Assembly: GCA_001689495.1 (NCBI GenBank)
Contig: LUJS01000043.1
Coordinates: forward strand, 21,095 to 85,094
DNA length: 64,000 nucleotides
Direction of reading: 5' to 3'
Origin: Bacteroidales bacterium M8
GTDB taxonomy: Bacteria > Bacteroidota > Bacteroidia > Bacteroidales > Muribaculaceae
Shown: positions 9,928-17,187 of the stretch, piece by piece
Layout: each line of letters starts with the position of its first letter
Position numbering within the stretch: position 1 is the first letter of the stretch
The notes under the pieces: model-generated
The model's input: the letters and a program-made list of their open reading frames with translations, nothing else
What the model was told of the DNA's origin: nothing
Database searches by the model: none
Translations under genes and position numbers: made by a program

Positions 9928-9990
9928 CTGTCACCGGAATGTAACACCCTCGACAGGATTTCTATCGAGGGTGTTACATTCCGGTGACAG
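9928..9990 (-). terminator. hairpin with a 26-bp perfect stem, followed on the minus strand by AGATTTTTG
   Basis: ctgtcaccggaatgtaacaccctcga (9928-9953), 11-nt loop, tcgagggtgttacattccggtgacag (9965-9990). Lies 51 nt downstream of the islet lipoprotein stop. Confidence 0.6.
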
Positions 9991-10040
9991 ACTGCGTTCT
10001 GTCGATTATGTCTTAGTTTAGAACAGAACGAACTCCTTAA

Positions 10041-10667
10041 TCAAATTTTTAGGTCTCGTGATGTTTGATAAGTCCACTTAACCTCGTTGTCTTCATCTCT
10101 TCCCCATTGCATCTTGAAAGTATGGATTGCAGTGTTACGAGTCAAAATCTTCTTGATTTCATCCTTTGAATATTCCTTGGGTTTTATTGCCGAACTTTCC
10201 ATGTCTCTAAAGTATTCGACACAAGTAAAACTGCCTCCGAAAACTCCATCTTCATGTTTTGACGTGCCTTTTGAATTTAATTCCGCATCTTTATCCGTGA
10301 GAAAATGGGAATAATCTCCATTTTGAAGTATCTCATCAATATTTGGCTTTGCCTCGAAATATATTCTGACAATACCATAATCTGTTCTTGGTTTTCCGAA
10401 AACAACGGTGTATGTCAAGGTCGGCAACTGAACATGTATGTCATTTGTAATAATGGAATGGAAATCGTTGTCGTCATCTAAATATTCAATCCTGACATTT
10501 GCAAGTTCGAGGACTTGTTTGGGGAAGGTAAAGTTATGAATGACAGTCTGATGTGATACAGTTCCGTCCATATCGCTTGTCCCGATGGTTGTCTTGGTGT
10601 CCCCATCGTCACATGAACACAATAAAAGAGTAATTAAAGCCATAAGGCTTTTTACTATATTTTTCAT
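10041..10667 (-). CDS. hypothetical lipoprotein (AT-rich islet)
   Basis: Lipobox LLLCSCDDG. The ORF is the only long frame in a region of about 43% GC. No family recognised. Confidence 0.6.
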   Translation of the reverse strand: MKNIVKSLMALITLLLCSCDDGDTKTTIGTSDMDGTVSHQTVIHNFTFPKQVLELANVRIEYLDDDNDFHSIITNDIHVQLPTLTYTVVFGKPRTDYGIVRIYFEAKPNIDEILQNGDYSHFLTDKDAELNSKGTSKHEDGVFGGSFTCVEYFRDMESSAIKPKEYSKDEIKKILTRNTAIHTFKMQWGRDEDNEVKWTYQTSRDLKI

Positions 10668-10761
10668 ATAGTTTTTGTATAATCTTAATTGTTTGTGGGA
10701 TAATTAGCTGCGTTTCAATGGTCTGCGCGGATTTATAATACGCTGGTCTCAAGAAATGCGT

Positions 10762-11166
10762 CTACTCCTTCATCAGATACATAACCTTTATTTCCTTAGG
10801 GTATGTCACAACGAAGAAAGACATTCCGTTTTGATGGTTATAGAGCTCGAGCGTACAGAATTTCTGTTTGGAACGCTCTTTGGCATCCCATTTTATATGT
10901 CCCTTTCCATCATTGTAGGTAGGTTTGGTCAGATCAAAAAGAGTGTTCTGCCACATTGTATCTTCATCTAAATAGATGACATTTTTGTCGAGATCGACAT
11001 AGCCAGATCCCGAACAATCCAAAGGTTTCTCAATATCGTTGTAAGCATCCTTTGATTCATCATAGGTGCCTACGCCATAGGCCATGACCTTGAATGCGAT
11101 GGGGTCGTTGCAGTATGCTGCCAAGCAGGAAATCAGCAGGACGACGAAAGTCAGAGATCGTTTCAT
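10762..11166 (-). CDS. hypothetical small secreted protein (AT-rich islet)
   Basis: N-terminal signal sequence MKRSLTFVVLLISCLAAYC. Preceded by a TATATTTG -7 box. No family recognised. Confidence 0.55.
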   Translation of the reverse strand: MKRSLTFVVLLISCLAAYCNDPIAFKVMAYGVGTYDESKDAYNDIEKPLDCSGSGYVDLDKNVIYLDEDTMWQNTLFDLTKPTYNDGKGHIKWDAKERSKQKFCTLELYNHQNGMSFFVVTYPKEIKVMYLMKE

Positions 11167-11193
11167 AAGCAGTGTTTTTTATATTAGACTCTG

Positions 11194-11201
11194 CAAATAT
11201 A
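11194..11201 (-). promoter_or_regulatory. -7 box TATATTTG (AT-rich islet genes)
   Basis: Plus-strand caaatata, 28 nt upstream of start 11166. Confidence 0.45.
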
Positions 11202-11256
11202 CAACTATAATTCTAAACAGACAAAAAAATTATCATAGAATGATTTACCAAAGACT

Positions 11257-11283
11257 ATGGACCCGACACGGGCCATGTTTTTT
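11257..11283. terminator. GC hairpin flanked by an A-run and a T-run (bidirectional-type terminator)
   Basis: atgg(a)cccg-aca-cgggccat followed by gtttttt on the plus strand. An A-run lies upstream at 11222-11229. Confidence 0.4.
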
Positions 11284-11348
11284 GATCTGAAATACTATCA
11301 GCCCTGACGCTTTCAGTGCCACATATTCTGACAGATTGTCACCGTTCT

Positions 11349-11447
11349 TACACTTATTCGCCCGAAAAAGTGCGGTCAGACTACATTTATTCGTCCGTAA
11401 AAATGTAGTCAACGCTTGCTTATTCCCCCGAAAAAGTGTATGTTGTT
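11349..11447. repeat. three tandem 33-bp units, each with a 19-nt core TTATTCGCCCGAAAAAGTG
   Basis: Cores at 11354-11372, 11387-11405 (16/19 identical) and 11420-11438 (18/19 identical). Spacing is exactly 33 nt. Confidence 0.8.
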
Positions 11448-11473
11448 GGGGTAAGTAGCTGAGGGGTATTTAA

Positions 11474-12811
11474 TTATGCTTTCTCCTTGCGGGGGTGGAA
11501 GATGAGGAGCCAAAGCAGCATTATCGCGAAGGCGTAGGCGGCGAACATGAGCCACGGATATTCCCATTGGCCCATGAACAGACGCGCGGGCATCTCCGAC
11601 CCCGCGACCGTGACCATCTGCCACCCGCACCATCTGTTGACTATCGACCCGGCCACGAGGGTGCCGAATGTGGCTCCGATGCCGTTGCTCATGAACATCA
11701 TCAGGCCCTGTGCGAATCCCTTCATTCCCTGTGGGGCTACCTGCTGTATGTAAAGGTGTCCGGCTATGGTTATGAAGTTGAAGGCTATGCCGTACATCAG
11801 CATCGACCCTATCAGCATCCACAGCCCGTCGCCGGGGTTTCCGGTGCCGAGCAGCAGGAACCGCAAGGCCCAAGCCAGCAGTCCGGCGGCATAGACCGTG
11901 CGTATGCCTTTCCATTTCAACGAGATGCCCACGAGCAGGACACACGCGGCCTCTGCTATCTGCGACAGAGAGAAGAGCATCGTGGCGTTGCCCGACGCCA
12001 GCGACCCCGCATATCGGGAAATGCCGCTGAAGTGGGTGATGTAGGGGGTGACGAATCCGTTGGAAATCTGCAGGCATACGCCCGAGAAGATTACGAATAT
12101 AAGGAAGATCGCAGTCTCGCGTTGGCCGAACATCGTCCTGACCGACCGTCCGAGCGACTGTTGGTGTCCCGGGGCCTGCCGCACGGCCTCCGCGCGTCCC
12201 GACGAGGGTAGGGTGAGGGTATATAGCGCCGTAGCCAATCCCGTGATGGCGCTGCATAGCAGCTGCATGGCGTTGTATTGGAACCTCAGGCGGGCACCGG
12301 CACCGGTGTCGCTGATGGTGAATCCGAGTGTCCCGTCGTGCAGGTATGCCGAATTGACAAACCACATGGCAAGCACGAACCCGACCGTGCCCCAGATGCG
12401 GATGGCCGGAAACGAGGTGACCGTATTGTTGCCATGCCGCGCGAGGATGTCGAACGCCGTGGTGTTGGCCAGCGCCATGGTGGGCATGTACAGCAGCAGG
12501 AACAGTATGTAGAGCGGGTACAGCACCCTGAATTCAAGCTCGGGATGCGTGTAGCAGTAGTGCCACATCGTCGCCATGACCACGGCCGCCAGCAGGTGGC
12601 AGAGTCCCAGCAGCCTCTCGGGACGCCCCGTGCGGTCGGCGAGACGGCCCAGAAGAGGTGGCGAGATGATGGATACGAGTCCGATGGCGGCATAGAACCA
12701 CGCTATGGTGCTGCCGAGGCCGCCGGCTCCGAGCAGTTGTCCGAAGCACGTGAGGTAGCACCCCCAGACGCCGAACTGGAGGAAATACAGAAGAGAGAGT
12801 CGGGCCTTCAT
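11474..12811 (-). CDS. MFS transporter, nucleoside:H+ symporter-like
   Basis: Twelve hydrophobic segments. The N-terminus from internal Met MKARLSLLYFLQFGVWG resembles the NupG/XapB family. The ORF-track start at 12841 would overlap the upstream gene by 20 nt. Confidence 0.75.
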   Translation of the reverse strand: MKARLSLLYFLQFGVWGCYLTCFGQLLGAGGLGSTIAWFYAAIGLVSIISPPLLGRLADRTGRPERLLGLCHLLAAVVMATMWHYCYTHPELEFRVLYPLYILFLLLYMPTMALANTTAFDILARHGNNTVTSFPAIRIWGTVGFVLAMWFVNSAYLHDGTLGFTISDTGAGARLRFQYNAMQLLCSAITGLATALYTLTLPSSGRAEAVRQAPGHQQSLGRSVRTMFGQRETAIFLIFVIFSGVCLQISNGFVTPYITHFSGISRYAGSLASGNATMLFSLSQIAEAACVLLVGISLKWKGIRTVYAAGLLAWALRFLLLGTGNPGDGLWMLIGSMLMYGIAFNFITIAGHLYIQQVAPQGMKGFAQGLMMFMSNGIGATFGTLVAGSIVNRWCGWQMVTVAGSEMPARLFMGQWEYPWLMFAAYAFAIMLLWLLIFHPRKEKA

Positions 12812-12821
12812 GTCGCAGCGG

Positions 12822-14693
12822 TCAGAACTTGAACTCGACACCGCCCATCAGGGTAGTGCCCGGCATGGGGCAGCCGTAGATGATCTGATAGTGCTTGTTG
12901 GTGATGTTGTCGACCTTGACCGACAGCGTCACGGGCACGTGCATGCCGAGCGTGTATGCGGCGCGCAGGTTGAGCAGCGAATAGTTCTCGGACCATCCGC
13001 CGGGATTTCCGTTCTTCAGGCCCCAGATGCTTAGGTTGTCTACCGTGAGGCTGAAGTTGCCGGGCGAATAGGTGACCTCGGCGTTGAGCTTGTTTTTGGG
13101 CGAGTAGAGGTTGTCCGAATCCGTGTGCAGGTACGACCAAGATATGTTGGCGTTGAGATTGGGCAGTATGTTGTATGATGCCTCGAGTTCGAAGCCCTTG
13201 TTATGGAACTTGCCGGTGTTGACGTTGCGCGGACGGCCGTCGACGCGGACGGTCTGTATCATGTTCTTGGCGTCGATATAGAACACCGCCGCACCGAGCA
13301 TCAGCCTGTAGTCGAGCAGATACTGACGATAGCTTATCTCGTAGTTGAGCATGTATTCGGGCTTGAGGTCGGGGTTGGCCGGGGGATAGAGGTAGAGCTC
13401 GCGTATGTTGGGCGACCTGAAGCCCTTGCTGAACGAGGCCTTGATCTGCGAGTCGTGACGGGGCTTGACGATGATGCCGGCCTGAGGCACCCACACGTTG
13501 CCGTATGTCGATCCGTGCTGGAATCTCACGCCGCCGTTGATGTTGAGAATGTCGTTGAAGAATCCCTGTTGCATCATGGCATAGGCCGCCACCTCGTTGA
13601 CGTGGTGCTCCGACTCGGCCGACCGCTTGTTGGCGTCAGCCTTGTCGGTGTTCCAGACATGGCCGCCCCAGTGCTGGAAGTCCAGTCCGGCGGTGAATAC
13701 GTTGGCCTTCCAGAGATAGAATGACTCGTATGCCGTGATGCCCATGTTGTAGTCGGTCGAGTTGAAGAGATAGTCGCGCGGAGCCTCGCCCGGGGTGTTG
13801 CCGTCGTCCACCTTGTGGCGTCCCCAGTTGATGTATGCCTGCACGCCGCCGTCAAACGTGTCGTATGTGTTCTTGACATACAGTCCGCCCGTGCCCCTGA
13901 ATATGTCGGTCCACATGTTCTCGAGCGGCTCGTGCAGCGTGCCGGGGTTGTCGGCGTGGCTCTGTGTCATGTCCACCATGCCGGCCAGACTCCAGTGCTT
14001 GGATGCCGCATACTTGAGCTGTACGAACTCGTTGGCCAGCCAGAAGGCGCTCCCCTCGCGGTTGCCGTTGCTGCGGTCGAGCTGGCCCGACAGCGTGGCC
14101 GAGAACTTGCCCTTCTTGTATCCCGACGACAGGGCGAACTTCTGCGTGCTGAACGACCCGAACATGGCGCGGGCGCGTCCCGTGAGGCCATCCTTGCGCT
14201 GGGCGTGGGTGACGAGGTTGATCGACCCGCCCATGGCGTTCGAGCCATAGAGTAGCGACGACGGGCCCTTGACCACCTCGACCCTCTCGATGCCGTTGGC
14301 CACATACGTGTCGGCCAGACTGTGTCCGAATACGCCGGCCCACTGCGGCTGGCCGTCTATCATGAAGAGCACCTTGTTGCCCTGTCCGACACCGCGTATG
14401 TTGACCGTGCCCGCGCTGCCGCCCGACACGCCATAGCCTGCAAAGCCGCGCTCGGTCACGAACAAGCCGGGCACTCTGGCCACGAGCACCGGCAGCAGCG
14501 AACTCTCGCCCGATTTCTCTATCTGGGTCTCCGAGACCGTTGTCACGTTGAGCGGCATCAGCTCGGGGTCTGACTTGAGCGGGGCGGTGACCACGACGTC
14601 GTGCAGGCTGACTGTGTCGCGCGCCGCCTCGGCGGCATTGGATGCGTGGGCCATGAGGAGCATGGCTGCCAAAGAGGCCGGGATTCTCTTCAT
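12822..14693 (-). CDS. TonB-dependent receptor (small, BtuB/CirA-size)
   Basis: Signal peptide, plug motifs (VVVTA, NIRGVG, VEVVKGPSSLLYG), and a beta-barrel ending in the aromatic terminus GGVEFKF. 623 aa. Confidence 0.9.
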   Translation of the reverse strand: MKRIPASLAAMLLMAHASNAAEAARDTVSLHDVVVTAPLKSDPELMPLNVTTVSETQIEKSGESSLLPVLVARVPGLFVTERGFAGYGVSGGSAGTVNIRGVGQGNKVLFMIDGQPQWAGVFGHSLADTYVANGIERVEVVKGPSSLLYGSNAMGGSINLVTHAQRKDGLTGRARAMFGSFSTQKFALSSGYKKGKFSATLSGQLDRSNGNREGSAFWLANEFVQLKYAASKHWSLAGMVDMTQSHADNPGTLHEPLENMWTDIFRGTGGLYVKNTYDTFDGGVQAYINWGRHKVDDGNTPGEAPRDYLFNSTDYNMGITAYESFYLWKANVFTAGLDFQHWGGHVWNTDKADANKRSAESEHHVNEVAAYAMMQQGFFNDILNINGGVRFQHGSTYGNVWVPQAGIIVKPRHDSQIKASFSKGFRSPNIRELYLYPPANPDLKPEYMLNYEISYRQYLLDYRLMLGAAVFYIDAKNMIQTVRVDGRPRNVNTGKFHNKGFELEASYNILPNLNANISWSYLHTDSDNLYSPKNKLNAEVTYSPGNFSLTVDNLSIWGLKNGNPGGWSENYSLLNLRAAYTLGMHVPVTLSVKVDNITNKHYQIIYGCPMPGTTLMGGVEFKF

Positions 14694-14730
14694 CTTTTAG
14701 TGTTTTTGGTTTGTTATAGTGAAAACGTGG

Positions 14731-14738
14731 CAAAGTTA
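14731..14738 (-). promoter_or_regulatory. -7 box TAACTTTG (TonB-dependent receptor/MFS operon)
   Basis: Plus-strand caaagtta, 38 nt upstream of start 14693. Confidence 0.5.
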
Positions 14739-14772
14739 ATAAAAACGATGCTAAAATTAAGTGTTTTTTGCT

Positions 14773-14780
14773 TAACTTTG
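14773..14780 (+). promoter_or_regulatory. -7 box TAACTTTG (methyltransferase), divergent from the receptor promoter
   Basis: Exact motif 35 nt upstream of ATG 14815. Confidence 0.5.
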
Positions 14781-14814
14781 CGATGATGCCACTTAATTAT
14801 ACAGCTATAACATA

Positions 14815-15420
14815 ATGACACAATCAGAAGTTGAATTTTTTGATAAAATTTCCAAAACGTGGGATGCCGACGAGGTGCGCTCGACCCCGGACAGGGTGTC
14901 CGGCATACTCGGCAAGCTGCCGATAGCCGAGGGGGCCGACATCCTCGACCTCGGCACCGGCACGGGCATCCTCGTGCCCTATCTGAGCCGGATGGTCGGT
15001 CCCCGCGGACATGTCACGGCCGTAGACCTCTCGGAGGGGATGCTCTCCGAGGCCCGCAAGAAATACGGAACCCTCGGTAATGTCGAGTTCCTCAAGATCG
15101 ACTTCGAGGAAGAGCAGATACCCGGCAGGTATGACGTTGTGATGCTCTATTCGGTCTATCCCCATCTGCATTACCCCTCGGACACACTCGCGTGGCTGTT
15201 CAGGATGAACGTCAAACCCGGCGGCGTCATAGTCATAGCATTCCCGTCGGACGAGAAATTCATCAACGCCATACATCACCAACGGGGCACCGACAGCGAC
15301 CACCTGCCATCGGCCCGCACGCTGGCGGGGATGATGGACAGTTGGGGCTTCGATGCCTCGGTGGTGTCGGCCACTGCCGACGAGTATATTATCGTGATAC
15401 GCTCGCGCACTCAGGCTTAG
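14815..15420 (+). CDS. class I SAM-dependent methyltransferase
   Basis: Motif I ILDLGTGTGIL plus an acidic post-I residue (VTAVDLS). 201 aa. Confidence 0.85.
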   Translation: MTQSEVEFFDKISKTWDADEVRSTPDRVSGILGKLPIAEGADILDLGTGTGILVPYLSRMVGPRGHVTAVDLSEGMLSEARKKYGTLGNVEFLKIDFEEEQIPGRYDVVMLYSVYPHLHYPSDTLAWLFRMNVKPGGVIVIAFPSDEKFINAIHHQRGTDSDHLPSARTLAGMMDSWGFDASVVSATADEYIIVIRSRTQA

Positions 15421-15428
15421 CCACGGCA

Positions 15429-15896
15429 TCAATACTCGATGCCGTTCTTCAGCAGCAGCTCCTTGAGCCGTAGATTCTCGGCGCGGAGGTTGTCCACCTC
15501 GTCGCGCAGATTATCGACGCGGTCAGAGAGCCTGTCGTTGCGTCTGGTCAGGAAGTCTATCCTCGACGCCTCCTCCTCGGCCTCGCCCGAATGGGCCTTT
15601 TCGCGCTTGTGCGCGAGGTCGTGAAAGTGGTTGAGCAGCTTGGTCAGCGTGTCGTCCTGCTCGGTCGCGTGGGTGTGCGGCGGCACTGTCGTCTCGGCGC
15701 TCTCGTCGATGATGTAATCGTCGAGAGAGTCGAGCTCGAACATCTCCTTTATCTTTTCCAGCTTCTCCTCGGGCATGCGGCTGCGGCCGTTCTCGATGGC
15801 CGACAGGAAACTCGGCCGCACCTGCAGCAGCCCGGCCAGTTCCCGCTAACTCATTCCCGCCCTCTTCCTGAGTTTCTGGAGGTCTATCCTGTACAT
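15429..15896 (-). pseudogene. XRE-family HTH regulator with C-terminal coiled coil, interrupted by one in-frame TAG
   Basis: The minus strand from ATG 15896 reads MYRIDLQKLRKRAGMS-TAG-RELAGLLQVRPSFLSAIENGRS.... The stop (plus-strand cta 15846-15848) sits at the conserved Gln of the S-Q-x-x-L-A HTH motif. The rest of the 155-codon frame is open. Confidence 0.7.
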
Positions 15897-15918
15897 GGTG
15901 TAATTGTTTTAGCTGTGA

Positions 15919-15926
15919 CAAATTTA
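15919..15926 (-). promoter_or_regulatory. -7 box TAAATTTG (XRE gene)
   Basis: Plus-strand caaattta, 23 nt upstream of ATG 15896. Confidence 0.45.
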
Positions 15927-15987
15927 TCTCTTTTCGCCGAATCGGCAAAATTTCGGCCACGTTAAGTTGTCGGGATTGGGACGTGAT

Positions 15988-16812
15988 TTATTTCTGTCTG
16001 ACAAAGTTGATGGGGTTGGATGTCTCGAGGTCGATGTCGGTGACGTTGTCGTCGGGATTCCAGACGAGGGTGCCGATGTTGGCGCGCTTGAGGCGCAGTC
16101 TTGCCTTGTTGCCCTTGGACACGCCGTCTATGGCGAGTGTGTCGATGACGGACTCGGGCGTGGTGCAGGTGACCGTAAACTTGCCCGACACGCCGCGCAG
16201 GTTGGCCATGTCGACCGTCGAGGCATCGAGCTTGAGCTCGTTCATGGTGCCGGCTGAGTTGCGGAGCGAGCCAATCGTGCAGACGTTGAGCACGAGGCGG
16301 TCGGGGGCGCTGACGGCAAACGTCTTGGCCCTGACCGAATCGAGATAGAGCGTGTGGCCGGTGACGGATACCCTGTTCACCATGCCGCGCGGCACGATGA
16401 CGGTGGCGAGCATGTAGTCTTCGGTGCTCACCCTCAGGCCATAGAGGTCGGCTATGGCCTCGCGGTTCACCCTGAGGTCAAGGGTGCCGTCGGCCACCGA
16501 ACTCAGCAGCAGCGGCTGCCACTGCGCCCTCGTCATGAGCCACGGGCGCGTGGCGGTGTCGCTCTCGCACACGGCCATGCCCTTGTAGTTGGCAATCTTC
16601 ACCTTGTCCCCATTGTCGCCGATGACCATGGCGTCGAATGGTGGCAGAGGGGTCTTGGTCACCTCGCCCCCTATCGAGGGGATTGCGTAGTCTGCCTCGG
16701 CCGTATCGTAGGGCATGGTCTCGGTGTTGTGCATATACCATCGCGACAGCGAGAGCACGGCGATGAAGCCCCCCACGATGGCGCCAATCATTATGTATGT
16801 CGTCTTTTTCAT
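15988..16812 (-). CDS. membrane-anchored hypothetical protein (possibly DUF2807/GIN-like beta-helix; uncertain)
   Basis: Single N-terminal TM (IMIGAIVGGFIAVLSL). Repetitive beta-strand-like body. ATGA overlap with the stop of the GntR gene. Confidence 0.55.
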   Translation of the reverse strand: MKKTTYIMIGAIVGGFIAVLSLSRWYMHNTETMPYDTAEADYAIPSIGGEVTKTPLPPFDAMVIGDNGDKVKIANYKGMAVCESDTATRPWLMTRAQWQPLLLSSVADGTLDLRVNREAIADLYGLRVSTEDYMLATVIVPRGMVNRVSVTGHTLYLDSVRAKTFAVSAPDRLVLNVCTIGSLRNSAGTMNELKLDASTVDMANLRGVSGKFTVTCTTPESVIDTLAIDGVSKGNKARLRLKRANIGTLVWNPDDNVTDIDLETSNPINFVRQK

Positions 16813-17183
16813 CTGGATGTTTCGTTTAAGTATTTCTCATACCTTTCCTTAAGGTCGTCGGGCGTCACGCCCAGCAGGTTGAGGCGGCGGTATATGTCGG
16901 CCATCTCCTCGCCCAAGAATGACTCGCGGCTCATGGCTGTGATGCGGTCGCGCGCCCCCTCGGCGATGAAGAAGCCTATGCCGCGGCGGTTGAAGATGAT
17001 GCCCTCGCACTGCAGGTGCTCATAGCTGCGCATCACGGTGTTGGCGTTGACCTGTAGTGTGGCGGCATAGTCGCGCACCGACGGTATGCGGTCGCCCTCG
17101 TCGTGCGTTCCGCCCATCACGTCGTCGCAGATGCGGTCGGCTATCTGCAGGAAGATGGGTTTGGCGTTCTCCTTGAATAACAT
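16809..17183 (-). CDS. GntR family transcriptional regulator, YtrA-like (short)
   Basis: 124 aa with a winged-HTH motif: PIFLQIADRI...GDRIPSVRDYAATLQVNANTVMRSYEHLQCEGII. Confidence 0.85.
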   Translation of the reverse strand: MLFKENAKPIFLQIADRICDDVMGGTHDEGDRIPSVRDYAATLQVNANTVMRSYEHLQCEGIIFNRRGIGFFIAEGARDRITAMSRESFLGEEMADIYRRLNLLGVTPDDLKERYEKYLNETSR

Positions 17184-17187
17184 AGGC

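Noticed and set aside
11349-11447. Possible miniature CRISPR array
   Set aside because: There are only three units. The cores are 19 nt with 14-nt linkers, far below CRISPR repeat and spacer sizes. The cores are degenerate and no cas genes are nearby.
12822-12841. 20-nt overlap between the TonB-dependent receptor and the MFS gene in the ORF track
   Set aside because: The MFS family-like N-terminus begins at the internal Met (MKARLSLLYFLQF, ATG 12811). Using that start leaves a 10-nt spacer. The extra MSSSSSDRCD is probably not translated.
14694-14814. Riboswitch (cobalamin or TPP) upstream of the small TonB-dependent receptor
   Set aside because: The spacer is only 121 nt and is shared by two divergent promoters. 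The predicted leader is about 30 nt, and I see no conserved riboswitch core such as a B12 box.
15846-15848. TAG-to-Gln genetic-code recoding as an explanation for the in-frame amber codon in the XRE gene
   Set aside because: Neighbouring well-supported genes terminate with TAG at sensible positions (methyltransferase at 15418-15420, TonB_C protein at 19603-19605). No suppressor tRNA is in the window. A simple nonsense mutation or a sequence error is more parsimonious.
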